Shown here in pieces: positions 25,331-38,554 of a DNA stretch of 64,000 nt. The first letter of the stretch is position 1; each line of letters begins with the position of its first letter. The DNA is from Dendrobates tinctorius (taxonomy: Eukaryota): the NCBI RefSeq assembly GCF_039654945.1, contig NW_027361672.1, positions 12,338,001-12,402,000 of the forward strand, read 5' to 3'. Position numbers and translations under genes: made by a program. The notes below the pieces were generated by a model. The model was not told where the DNA came from, did no database searches, and saw only the letters and a list, made by a program, of their open reading frames with translations.

Positions 25331-25779
25331 GGCCGGTTTCACATTAGCATTTACGGCCGCAGCGTCGGGCTGCGCACGGACGCCGCTAAGCCCCGCCCCC
25401 TGCCGCGCCTCCGCCGGTAGCTCCACCTCCGGGCGCATGACGCTGCATGCGTCATGCGTCCCCTATCTTTATTACTGAGGACGCAGGCCGTGCGCAGTAT
25501 GCATTTTGGCGGCGCCTGCGTCCTTTTGACGGTGCGCCGACCAGCGCCAGACGCAACCTGTTGCAATTTGGTTGCGCTCGGCGCACCGCCAAAAGGACGC
25601 AGACGCCGCCAAACGCATACTGCGCACGGCCTGCGTCCTCAGTGATAAAGATAGGGGATGCATGCAGCGTCATGCGCCCGGAGGCGGAGCTACCAGCGGA
25701 GGCACGGCAGGGGTTGGGGCTTAGCGGTGGCCGTGCGCAGACCGACGCTGCGGCCGTAAACGCAAATGTGAAACCGGCC
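25331..25779. mobile_element. Almost fully palindromic Harbinger-type MITE (449 bp)
   Basis: ggccggtttcacatt...aatgtgaaaccggcc with exact TAA duplication; the arms pair inward to a centre near 25555. Confidence 0.93.
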
Positions 25780-26988
25780 TAACAGTGCCAACCTGACAGT
25801 GCTTGTAGTTTACTTAGCAAAACCCTGATAACAGGTTTGCTTTAAGAAGTTTTGGATGTGTTTTGAGTGCAAAGTTTTTTGGGTGGTTTCCATAGCAACC
25901 ATTTTTTTGAGTGCAGGTCTTGGTTATATTGCAGTGTGTAACTCCCAATTATTAAAGAAAAGAAAAAAAGTTAATATTTTCTTAGCCGATATATATGGCG
26001 CTTCGAACGTGATGGAAACCCCAAGATCGGGATTAGTATAGGACTTCTTGTTGAAAGGGGTTCTCTGAGAAGTAAAAAAAAAATAAAAAAAAATTTTGCA
26101 TTGTTCTGCCCTCATAAACTCTAAAGATGAGATGCCCAGTGCAGTTCTAGTATTTTTAGAACACTTGTAATTGATTGTGACAGGAGCTGCTCCTCACTGC
26201 TTCCCCCCCCTCCCATCTGGGACAGTACGCCACACAGCAGTGTGCAGCTCCCCTTTGTGAGTAATAACCACTCAGAGAAGAGGGTGCATGGAGTGCTTCT
26301 GGCTTTTAGTAGTAGCAGCTAGCCCCTGATGTCTCCTTCACTGCAGCACGAGATGAGGGGTCGTGCCCCCCCCCAAACGACTTCTAGTATCAACCAGTCT
26401 CCTGGTAATGTCTCCTCCACTGCAGGGCTTCTATCACTGTGTATGACCGGAAGCCATCTTCTGAACTTCCGGACATATGCAGTGTGTGTCCTTTGAAGCC
26501 GGGAAGCGTACATCCATCTTCAGAGACGTAGGGACGCTGCTGGAATGAGCAACTCACCTGAGCTAATTTGCATGAATAATGATCATGCCGCTTGTGCAAA
26601 TTATCACGCCCACAGGGGTGTGATAACATGGAAAGGGGACTGACTAGTCTGGGGAACTAGCGCCCATTGACTAGTCAAAGCTGTATGTAGCATAGGAAAT
26701 GAAATGGTGACAATATGTAAAATACACTAATGATTTTCAAGGCAACACTGTGTCATTTTAATAAGTACATTGTAAAGTTTCTTGTTTTTTTTTAATCACT
26801 TTCCAATTACAACCATCTTTTAAGATGGGGATAACCCCTTGACACTAAACTACTATCAGATTTTATCCCCCTGGTCCATGTATTCTTTGTATATGCCTTA
26901 TGGTTCTATTGTAACCTAAATTTTAACTAGTGCTATGAAAATCAATATTTTATCTTTTTTGGATCCTAATTTTTAGTTTTCCTTTTAG

Positions 26989-27086
26989 AAAGCATCCGGG
27001 ATGTTATTGGAAGAAAAATTAAGATTGCCGTACGGAAGAAGGTGAAGCTTGAGATCAAAGGAGATAAGGTTGAAAACAAAGTCCTG
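26989..27086 (+). CDS. CARMIL1: CARMIL1 coding exon 2 (start of the PH-like domain)
   Basis: 98-nt exon between a polypyrimidine ttttccttttAG acceptor and a GTATGT donor. Reads (E)[32 protein letters not shown], near-identical to the recalled CARMIL1 [33 protein letters not shown]. Confidence 0.97.
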
Positions 27087-27805
27087 GTATGTAAATTGAA
27101 TTAAGTATTTTTTTTATTGGTCGCTTATAGCAATGTTTCATACTGCTGCTCGCGGCAGCTGTCCATCGACACCATGGAGGTTTAGATGTGGAGGAGAATG
27201 GTTTGCCTATTGGGAATTCTGTTTATTTAAAATAGTGTATTCTAAAGGAAATCTGCAGCCAGGTTTTTGTTTCCGTACCTCTGAACAATATGATGTATAG
27301 GCAGAGACCCAAATTTCAGCAATAAATCACTTGCTAGGTTTCTAGCTGCAGTTTTTATAAATGTGTAATCTGCTGCAGAGCTGTCATTTCTCTGACTGCT
27401 GAGCTCTCTATAACCCCACCCACTGATTGGCAGCTTTCTGTTTACACTGTGCATAGGCAGAAAACTGCCAATCGGCGATGGGGGCAGAGTTATGAATATG
27501 GAGGACTACATGGCAGCAGGTTTACTAGTCCTACAGTGATAAAAATCACCGATTTATCAGCATGAGATTATCAAAACCACACTAAGAGACACATCGCTGG
27601 AATTGGTGTGTATTCCATTTCATTACACTGTTCTCGGAGTAGGTAGCGAAAGCTTAGTGCCAGGTTCCCGTTATATAGATTGCCCACTCCGCCTCCAGAA
27701 TAATCTATTGCTGAAATCACAAATTGTGGAGCCGGGTTCCAGAGCCCAATTCTTACGATCACTTGTGGTCCCAGGTTTTGGTCAGAAGTTATCCCCGATG
27801 ATGTT

Positions 27806-29375
27806 CACTGTGTTCCAAATTATTATGCAAATGATATTTTTCTCTGATTTTCCTAAATAGTCGGTACAAATGACAGTCAGTCTAATAAAAGTCATCACCG
27901 GTTAGAGTATGCATCGAATTTTATTGAAGAAACCTCCCAATGATAACAGTATAATCTCTAAAATGAATAAAAACTCAAATTGCACTGTTCCAAATTATTA
28001 TGCACAGTAGAATTTCTAAACATTTGATCTGTTTTAAAGAACTGAAAATGCTCATTTGTGGAATTTGCAGCATTAGGAGGTCACATTCACTGAACAAAAA
28101 GGATATTTTGGAGTTAAATAGCTTAACAGGCCAAGTTACATGTTAACATAGGAACCCTTCTTTGATATCGCCTTCACAATTCTTGCATCCATTGAACTTG
28201 TGAGTTTTTGGATAATTTCTGCTTGTATTTCTTTGCATGAAGTCAGAATAGCCTCCCAGAGTTGCTGTTTTGATGTGAACTGCCTCCCACCCTCATAGAT
28301 CTTTTGCTTGATGATACTCCAAAGGTTCTCTATAGGGTTGAGGTCAGGGGAAGATGTTGGCCACACCATGAGTTTATCTCCTTTTATGCCCAAAGCAGCC
28401 AATGACTCAGAGGTATTCTTTGCAGCATGACATGGTGCAGTGTCATGCATGAAGATGATTTTTCTCCTGAAGGCACGTTTCTGCTTTTTATACCATGGAA
28501 GACAGCTGTCAGTCAGAAACTCTATATACTTTGCAGAGGTCATTTTCACACCATCAGGAACTTTAAAGAGTCCTACCAGCTGTTTCCCCATGATTCCGGC
28601 CCAAAACATGACTCCTCCACCTCCTTGCTGACGTCGCAGCTTTGTTGGGGCATAGTGGCCATCCACCAACCATCCACTACTCCATCCATCTGGACCATCC
28701 AGGGTTGCTCGACACTCATCAGTAAACAAGACTGTTTGAAAATTAGTCTTCATGTATGTCTGGGCCCACTGCTACAATTTCTGCTTGTGAACACTGTTTA
28801 GGGGTGGCTGAATAGTAGGTTTATGCACCACAGCATGCCTTTGAAGGATCCTACACCTTGAGGTTTGAGGGACTCCAGAGGCACCAGCAGCTTTAAATAT
28901 CTGTTTGCTGGTTTGTAATGGCTTTTTAGCATCTGCTCTCTTAATCCAATGAACTTGCCTGGCAGAAACCTTCCTCATTCTGCCTTTATCAGCACAAACA
29001 TGTCTGTGCTCAGAATCAACCACAAATCTCTTAACAGTACGATGATCACGTTTAAGTTTTTGGGAAATATCTAATGTTTTCATCTCATGACCAAGGCATT
29101 GCACTATTTGATGCTTTTCAGCAGCAGAGAGATCCGTTTTTTTTCCTAAATTCCTTGAAACCTGTGCCCTGCTTAATAATGTGGAACATCATTGTTAAGT
29201 AGTTTTCCTTTAATTGGGCTCACCTGGTAAACTAATTATCACAGGCGTTTGAGATTGATTTCAGTGATCCAAAGAGCCCTGATACACAATACCATCTATG
29301 AGTTTATTTGAAAAACAAAAAATTACATCTTTATGACACTTAAATCCAATTTGCATAATAATTTGGGACGCAGTG
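27806..29375 (-). mobile_element. Tc1-family transposon with nearly full transposase pseudogene
   Basis: TIR cactg(t/c)gt(t/c)ccaaattattatgcaaat; ORFs 28772-29104 (HTH) and 28136-28753 (VLFTDE, MHDTAPCH, SPDLNPIE) separated by a stop; internal repeat of the TIR core at ~27983. Confidence 0.95.
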
Positions 29376-29911
29376 TAGATGAAGGATAACATACTGTTTT
29401 GGAAATAAATGTTTAATAAACTACTGGAAAGTATTATTCTATTACACCTAGCACAGGACCTAACGAGATAATGCCGAAATTCAAAGATTCAAAAATTAGA
29501 ATTCCTTTGTCATGCTCCAACCACCCTTTGACCATACACCAAACATAATGTAAAATATTAATTTACCTGGAATGTGCTTTTAAATAATTATTTCTATACA
29601 GTGTTTGCATTTCCATGTTTCTGACTGATGTCCTATTTATATGTAATATTATCCTGTAATTAAATGCTTTGTATAATGGTTTTTAATAGAGCATGAAAAT
29701 GCAGCATCCAGCTAGGTGTGCCGACTGTACGGAATTAAAATAGTACTGTTTAATCTGATTGAACCATTTATCTCAATGGTGTTATCCATTTCTGCCTCTT
29801 CATTGTGCGTATAACTATTTGTGTCATCACATTCTAATAGCAGATAGAGCTGTAAATTTGTCAGCCTGCTGATTTGGCCATTTTAGACAATGACATGATA
29901 TCGATATCCTA

Positions 29912-29999
<88 letters not shown>

Positions 30000-30093
30000 T
30001 GTATTCCATGGCGCTTTACATGTGAATTTACTGCTAATTATTAATGAAATGGTGAAAAATAAATGTTTTCATGTCTTCTTTCACTGTTACTAT

Positions 30094-30856
30094 TGTGGTG
30101 TAGTGACCACTGTGTCCGCTAGGGGGTGCTGTGTGGGTGTCCCAGGACAGGCGTATAAGCATTTTCAGGGTCCTGATAGGTGTAGGATGCTGAATGATCG
30201 TAATTTATCTCAAGAAGGGTGGCCTTGAGATGAAGACTTGTGTGTGTTGACCAGCAGTGATACTGTTGAGGTTTCGTGCCAATGGGTTAGGGAGAGCTAC
30301 CTACAAATCCATCCAGGGGTGTGGCTAGAACGCCATAGTAAAGAATGTATGAATGCTTGTAGGACCTGTGATGAGGTCATAGCCATGTGACCCGGGGGGC
30401 GTGGCTACGGACCATATAAGGTGGCCAGGGTAGGTCACATGAATGAATGCTTGGACCCGGTTAGTCCATTGTGGAAGGTCCCGCTGGAAGATGGGGCTTC
30501 CTGCCTGACAGCACGTGAAGTGGCTGTGTGTAATGGCTGCCAGTATCTGAGAGTTCCCAGGGGAGGGAATGAATGTCTGGAGTCTGAAGCAACCATGAGG
30601 TAACCCTGACGGGGTGAGATATCTGTGAGGCTGAAGAGCCTGTACATTGCGTAACCTGTGTGACCACAGGGATAACAGAGAGAAGCTCTGTCATGAACGT
30701 TATGACATGGATATGAACTTTATGTTGCTGCTGTGGGTTTATGATGCCTGAATAAACCACATGGACTGTTATTGTTTTATGGAAAACCCGTGCCGGACGT
30801 GATTATTTGGCTGCCAAGCGAGTGTCCCCAACCTTGAATGACAGCGCTACCTTACA
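30094..30856 (+). mobile_element. Solo LTR (Gypsy-like)
   Basis: TGT...ACA termini with imperfect inverted ends; exact 4-bp TSD CTAT; AATAAA at 30751. Confidence 0.8.
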
Positions 30857-31601
30857 CTATATACTGTACAGTGTAAATGAGTCAGATCCACCTATTTAGT
30901 TAGCGGAAACAATAAATGCAAGTTTTATATTCAGCATGCTAGGGTTATGCCCAGAATTTATTAACATAATAAATCTTTATTTATATAGCGCCAACATATT
31001 CCGCAGCGCTTTATAATTCAACAGTTTGTATACAAGTCATAAATAAAATTCTTAGGGTACGGTCAGGTATGGAACAGTTTATCCAAAGAAAAGTAAGCGC
31101 ATTAGGTTGCCCAGAATTTCTATACATCTGCAGGAATTTACCACTTGCTTTGGAATCTGCACATTTTATTTTCTTTCATTTAAATATGGTTCTAAAACCT
31201 CTTCTCAGTCACATGTATTGAGCTGTAATGGGACGCAAGTGATATGCACTGACGTTCCACCTTCATTACTGAAACCAATATCAATGCACTTGTTGGTGGG
31301 CACCTAGGATTTCACCTACGACAAATCTAAATTTTAGTTTAGTAACTTAGCAGAATGTTTGATCTGCAAGAATATGATTTGCATATATGTGTTCACATGC
31401 CAACTAGACATGTGCTGATTCCCTCAGTGCATGTGCCGGACCGGGAGCAGTGGATAAGTAACCATAAGTATGCAATTTGCATACATGTGCCAACTAGATA
31501 GTAGGCTGGATACAGTCTAGTCCGAATGTGGCTGGAAGTATGCAATTGGCATACTTGTGGTCAAATTACCGCCAGCACCGAAGAGCCCTAACAGTGCACA
31601 C

Positions 31602-32476
31602 TGTCATGAACTCACTTTCAGCTCCACCAGTTGAGAGTTCCCCTTCCGTTCTCCCTCTGGTGGTGACAGGAGGTAGTGCTGTTGGTTTAAGTGGTAGTGA
31701 TTTGCCACCTGATGAGGAAGATAACGATTGGATCTCTGGATTATCAGACTGGATATAAGACAGCCGACGCCCTATCCGGGTGCTGGTGATTCAGTCTGCT
31801 TCTCAGGTCCTGGACTTCAGCTCTCTTCCAGTCTTCTCAAGTTAAGTTTGTTTTTTGCTATTGTTCACACTTGCGCTTGTTGGTAAATTCAGTTTTTGTG
31901 TAATCAGCCTTCCCCTGCTGGGGCTATGCAGAAATTCCACTCATATTATTCAGTATTTGCCAATCTGCTTTTTGTCCCTTATTAGATTGGCCTCTTTTTT
32001 GCTCTGTCTCAGAATATTTCAGAGTGCTGATATAGGTTTAGAAGTCTAGTGACTTCAGGGTTAATTTTGCTATCAGAAGTGTTGGACAATATTTTTGTGG
32101 GTTGAACTTGTTTTTGGCAGATTGCACACAGTGTCTTTCCTTTTCTGTCCTTTTTAGTTAGCCGGGCCCCATCGTTTGCTCAGCCTATTTTCCTGCCTTT
32201 GTTTGTATTTTCATCTTGTTTCACCGTCAATACATGTGGGGGGCTGTCTTTCCTTTGGGGTCTGCTCTTGGGCAGTTTTCCTCTTTTCCTGCTTTAGGCT
32301 TATGTAGTTCTCCGGTTGTGACGAGGCGTCTAGGACAAACGTAGGAACGCTCCACGACTGCTTCTAGTTGTGCGGTTAAGATCAGGGATCTGCAATCTGC
32401 ATAGTTACCAACTTCTCTGGTTTTCTGAGACTTAGCTTGTTGTCTTTTTTTCCCCCTCGGTTTCTCATTCATAACA
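31602..32476. mobile_element. Solo LTR inserted into an older MITE
   Basis: TGTCATGAA...TTCATAACA termini; GCACAC directly repeated on both flanks. Confidence 0.82.
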
Positions 32477-33137
32477 GCACACAGTGCGAGAATTCTCAAG
32501 CCTGCAGTTGGCCGGACAAACCCTTTAACGTCAGTATAGTTAGTGAAAAGGACACTGATTTCAGACCCATCGAATGTAGCAATGACTGAAACCCAGCAGA
32601 CAAGGATATTGTTAATCCATCCTTTTAATGGAATAGAAACCCAGACTGGACGACCTTTTAGTACTGGGTCAATATGCATTCAGGAGACCGGTCAATAGAA
32701 GTACTCAAATTAAGAGATCTTTTGAGGGTTGGACGTGACATGACCACATACGGTAGGTAATGCTTGTATTCATTGCTGAGCCAAATCAGCCTTACTGAGA
32801 ACTGGACCTCCATGTAATATTAATATATTATCGATTCCATTGAGTTAAATCAGTTACTCAATTTAATTTTCAATCACATTTTTTGCGAGGCTATTAAAGG
32901 TTGCTGCTCTAATAACTGTCACTGTAGAGAAATGTTCCATAGTCAGAGCAAGCTGACACTCTCATTATTCAATACCTGTACACTGCACTTTTCGTGATGA
33001 GAGATGCATTTTTAGTGCAGAAAAAATGCTATAAAAACTCAACATCTGCACATACCATGACGGTACTATACATACACTTGTTGGTATCTATTCAGACGAA
33101 GAAAATAAAAATTGCCGCCTGACACCTTTTCTTCTAA

Positions 33138-33670
33138 AGGCCCCGTCACACTAAACGATGTCCCAGCGATCCCACCAACGATCCGACATGATGGGATCGA
33201 TGGGACATCGTTAGGCTGATCGCTGGTGAGCTGTCACATAATAGACAGCCCCAGCGATCAGGACCAGCGACACTGGACGCTGGTTTCAAATGCAAACGTC
33301 GGGTATCCAGGAGCCGCACGACTCCTGGATACCCGCTGTTTACCTTAGAAACCGGCGTATACGCTGGTTTCCAAGGTAAACATCGGGTATCTAGGAGCCA
33401 CGCAACTCCTGGATACCCGACGTTTACCTTGGAAACCAGTGTGTACGCCGGTTTCCAAGGTAAACAGCGGGTATCCAGGAGCCGCGGCTCCTGGATACCC
33501 GACGTTTACATTAGCAACCAGCGTTGCTGATCACTGGTCTCTTGCTGCCACACGCAGCGGGAGACCAGCGATCGAAAAACGGCCCAGGCCGCTCGAGCAC
33601 GATCAGCGATAACCGGCAGGGGGGCCGGTCGCTGATCCCCGTCACACACCGCGATCTCGCTGGCGAGATG
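33138..33670. mobile_element. Harbinger-type MITE (gcgat family, long variant), right end truncated
   Basis: Starts TAA-aggccccgtcacact; internal repeated hairpins gggtatccaggag...ctcctggataccc; opposite orientation to 24701-25272. Confidence 0.78.
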
Positions 33671-36124
33671 AAGCCATAGTAATTAATACCTAATCAGAGC
33701 ATCACATGAAGACCCCCCCCCCCCCCCCCCCCACACACACACAGGCTGCCCCGGAGCACGAGCATATCATAAGCTGAATATAAAGATTAAACAACCACAT
33801 GACGGATTTCATCAACCAAGTTATCATTGTAATCAGTATAACGCCGCCGACCTGACACTGCCTGTAGGTTGTCTGATAACTGATGTGCGCCTTGTCATAA
33901 ATCTTACTCTGCTCAGGGACTGGAGTCTCTGGTGTAAGGAACGTCACGGCTGATCATTAATTGGACAGCTCTGGCATCATACCTGACTCGGGTCAGGTTC
34001 ATTTTGTCGGAGTTGGTCAAAACTGTCATGAAAACCATGAGTCACAACATGTATTCGCAACTCCAAGTTGTGCAAACTTGTGACTTTTCAAAGCATTTTT
34101 ACACCAGAATCTAGAATCACTTGAATGAGTTGTGGCCTATTTCTTTTTACAGCACTTAGAAAACCAACTTGTAACACTATACCTATTCTGGAATAAGAAC
34201 ATGCATTCATTTGGTAAAGCTTTGGTACTGTAATATTGGGGCAGATTTACTATTCTCGTGAATGTGAGATTAGGTGCTGTTCTTGGCAACAGTCATTAAA
34301 CATTATACTGGGCTCCTGTGATCCTCGAGTATGTGGTTTAAGTCCTGCCACTATCCAAGCAAATTTCAGCTGATCAGTGGTGGATTCAAGTTCCTCCGAC
34401 CAATCTCATACTGACCTATCCTATGGATGGCTCATCAATCATATAGTCCTGGAAAACCTCTCTAAATTTAGAGGACCAGTCTAAAGGAACACCACATTTA
34501 TCATCTGGCATGAGCTCTGTGATAAATTTGGTACATCTAGTCTAATTCTAGGCTGTCTAGATTTACAACCGTGTAAGTAAATTTGCCCCCTTATGTCACT
34601 ATGCTTTTCTTTTGTAGCTGGAGTTCAAAAAATCTCCTCTTATGCCTTATGTGCGCTTGGTCAGTTTTGTTCTCCCCATAGCACAAAATTCGCCAAGGAT
34701 TCCTGCAGATCTACCAGGACTTGCATGAATGTCTCTGAATATACCAGTGCGTATGTTGGATTCCCATTAATGATGATCTCTGCGGCATAGAGCGGCTCCT
34801 TACACAGGACGTTATTCATGATGAATCCCCATGCTAAACATGGGAGCTCTTCACCTCCTAATTGTTGATAGTATATCTTGTACGTGATAAAAGCTTCACA
34901 CAGTGACTGATGTCCTGAACTTTGTGGAAAGGTGCAAAGATCACTATGTAGGCAGTCCTCGTTCCTCCACATATTAGCGGTTTCCGTTCTCCAGAGCGTA
35001 TAACAGGTCACGTTTCTAATATGGTTTTCAATGTAGGTTCCCAACCTTTCGCGGGTTGTGAGCCTCCATCAAATACAATGCATGAAGTTTTAGCCCCATT
35101 CGTAATAAAACCTTTAAAACGTATTAAGAATATGACCGTTTTATTTGGCTCTTACCTTGGTCTTAACTCTTAGTGCCAACTTGAATAATTCTTTAACACT
35201 AGGTTGAAAGGTGACCGAAGTTCGAGTTTAACCTGTAACCTAATATATTAATCCAGAGGAATGAAAAAGCCCCATGACGCTGGCACTAATTGCTCCATAA
35301 TAGGGGAAAATTCCTTTTTGACTCCACATATAACATTCATGCTAGTTCAATCTTGAGATTTTGCATGTGTTTACTTAATTAGCAAAACTGTTTTGTAGTT
35401 TTATGGTTTTTTTGTTTTTTTTTAATGACATTCGCTCTGGCACGGACTCTGTGGCTAAATTGGTGTTAAACTTTTTAAGGCTTCATTCAGACATCAGTCA
35501 TTTTTTTTAAAGCCCACAAAGTGGTACTAGTGTCGTCAGTGTTTGGTCAGTATTTACCATCCGTGTTTCCTCAGTGATTTTTACGTATGGATAAATTAAT
35601 TACAAAGCTTTTCCTATCCTTTGCAATGTTAATCACTAGCTGCCCACTCATGTGAACATCCACGTGCTGTCCCTGATTCTCATGGACACATAGACTTGTA
35701 TTGGTGCTTTTCATCTGTGATGCCAGTAAAAATGTCATATCCCTGTGATTTTTTTTTTTTTTTGTACTGTCACATGATCCTCAAAAAAACACGGACATGT
35801 GAACAGCCCCATAGACTTTAATGGATATGTGCTCTATCCATGAAAGCTGTACTGTGCGTGAAAAACACACATCAGAAAGAGCTTGAAATGATTTTGAGCT
35901 TCTCATTGATTTTATTGGGAAACCGTCTATAATACATCTTTTATTTTATGTAGAAAACGCATGAAGGTAATTCTTGGAAAAATGTATTTTTTTTTTTTAA
36001 TCACTTGGAAGTTGAAATCAATGCCTGATAATCCAAAATGTTAGCATAACAACTGAACATATTGTTCCATTGCTCATTGGTGGTGCAACGGCGACCCTTT
36101 TTGTTAATACTGCACACATAACAT

Positions 36125-36477
36125 AACTCTAACACAGCCCTAAGCCCAGCTGCAAAGAATGTGAAAAATACTACAAAAATATTTTATAATTTTTATCTAA
36201 GGGGTTGACAAAGGGGATTTGATTTACTATTTTTTAAAAATTGATCTCTGTGGTAGGATAAATCACAGTGATCAAAAGGAACCAATTGGAAAAATGTCCT
36301 ACTGTTGCTTTGTACCAGCTGGCAGCTCTCGGCAGGCGCACTGCTAAGTGCCCACCATTTTTTTTTTTTTTTTCAAGAGGGATGGAGCAGGAGGGTACTG
36401 GGGCATGGCAGGGGGGGGGGATGCATAATTTCTTTCTCCTCTGACATGTATATCATGACAGTAGAAATCATTGAAAT

Positions 36478-36534
<57 letters not shown>

Positions 36535-36784
36535 TATATTATATTATATTTTGTGATCACCTTTATTCACTGAATAACAGCAATCACGTGATTGAACACC
36601 GGAAAATCTGGCCCTGATCATGTTCTCTAGGGTCTCAGCTATCCCTGGTAGCCGAGACCTCGGAGGTTTTCCTACTCAGGGGGTCATTACAGCCTTATTC
36701 CCGATTGCCATTTTAAAATGGCAATAAGGGATGAAGTTCCCTTAACGGACACTGTTTTAATGCGTATCGGCAAACGCTAAGGGA
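36125..36784. mobile_element. Decayed terminal fragment of the piggyBac-like family, containing a (GT)n tract
   Basis: Similar to the reverse complement of 54483-54900; ends aaggga-TTAA. Confidence 0.6.
36481..36526. repeat. (GT)n microsatellite
   Basis: About 23 perfect GT units. Confidence 0.98.
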
Positions 36785-38554
36785 TTAAACAATGGGTCAT
36801 TTTCTGACACCATTCCTTTTTATTGTAAGGATGATTATGATCTTGACATTATCATTATATCTACTACTATCAAATTTTTTATTTTTGTTATCGTGGCACG
36901 TTTCCACAATCACAACCTATCACCTCTTTATCTGATCCATCTCATGGACCCCTCACCAATCACATGAATGGGGGTCCCGTGTTTCCTTTTAGAATGTGTC
37001 ACTCCATCCATAGTGTGTTGGACTACTGGGATAGACATGTGCAGCAGTGGTACCCACAGTTAGCAGCCACCCAGGGTTGTAGAGTTGGTAAGCCAAACCT
37101 CCAACTCCTCAATTTCCCTGACTCCCGACCCCACAGCACTGGTCACTACTGAGCATGTACATAAAGTGCAACACAGATTCATCTCAACTAAAAGCCGAAA
37201 TCAGGAACAAAACAGACATTTATAGGACATTTCAGAACTTTCCCAAATTATGAAAACTTTTACAGCACATTCTCCACTCCTGTACCCAATTTTATTACAC
37301 ATTTTAGGAGCCGGTCCATTTGATACCTGCTCCGACTCCAGAGTCCTGTAGCCTTCCATACACAGTGACGTCAGATCCACTCTCTTTCAGATCCTGCCTA
37401 GGAGAAGGATGGGTTAATAATTAAGAGATCTGGTTACAGGTATCTGGCAGAGGTTCTTTTACAGGGATATAAAATCTTCTTTTATTTTTTTGGATTCTTG
37501 ATGTTGTTTCTACGAGTCCAAAAAGGACCATTGAATGTAAATGATTGCTGGGTGCATTAAGTAGCCAAATGTAGCATTTAATATATTTTAGAATAACAGG
37601 ACTATCATGGGCTCACAAAGCATTGGCTGCCGGATCATACTTATAGCTGATCATTTCCCAGTTGCTTTTTATATGCAGAGTTGTGAGATTATGGCCTCAA
37701 GCAAAAACCAGCTCGTGACTTCGGCCCCGAGTAAACTGTGTATTCAAGTCTGAGCACATTGCAAATTCCGCTCTGCAGGGATTGGAGCTGAAGTGGCCCG
37801 GTACATGCCAGGAATGTGCGGCCGCAGTCCACCATTCATTGCACCCAGTAGCAATTGCTGTATGTAATATCTGCAAATGAGTTCTCTCCTGGACTACGGC
37901 AAAGAGCGGAGTGGGGAAAAAGGTTACAATTCTGTTATTTTCTGTACAAATACACGTTTAACAATGAAGAAGTAATTTGCCTTTGACTATAGTCCTGATT
38001 ATCTGACCCTTAGGCTATCATTACTATGGTAAATTTCATTACAACTGCATCACACCCGAGGAAGAAAATCTCTACATTTGAATGTTCATTATGATTGCAG
38101 CCATCGATTACTGTGACCTAAACAAATTACACTTAATGTATCGACGTTATATCCACAACAGTAGTCAGAGTGGTAACCTCATTATGGAGAACATGCCATG
38201 ATGGGAGTTGTTACATTTTTCTTTTTGCATGCTCATAAAATTTGTTGTGTAACTAAAGATGGTAAACACCTTAGATGGCTACTGGCTGAATATTTCATTG
38301 GTCAAATATTGTTCCTCCCAATTCTTTCATACACATGAGTACTCGCCTCAACCCAGCATTCATGTGATCTGAAATCAATGAAAGAAAGGAGATGCTGAAA
38401 GACACCATTGGTAGCAGCACATCTTATAGGGGTTGTCCTGGTGTGGCTCAAAAGTCTTCAGTCCATCTATGTGGCTACTGACTTGTGCATCCTGACAGCG
38501 CCCATTGTCAGGATTCTATGTTGCCGCAGGCAGGCAATCATGTGACCTCAAGTA

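Noticed and set aside
28136-29104. Possibly active or domesticated Tc1 transposase
   Set aside because: Interrupted by a stop between the HTH and catalytic parts; all five Tc1 copies in the window are defective.
37360-37446. CRE-like TGACGTCA next to a possible small cassette exon (tttcAG...cagGTATCT)
   Set aside because: Short motifs expected by chance; no supporting homology.
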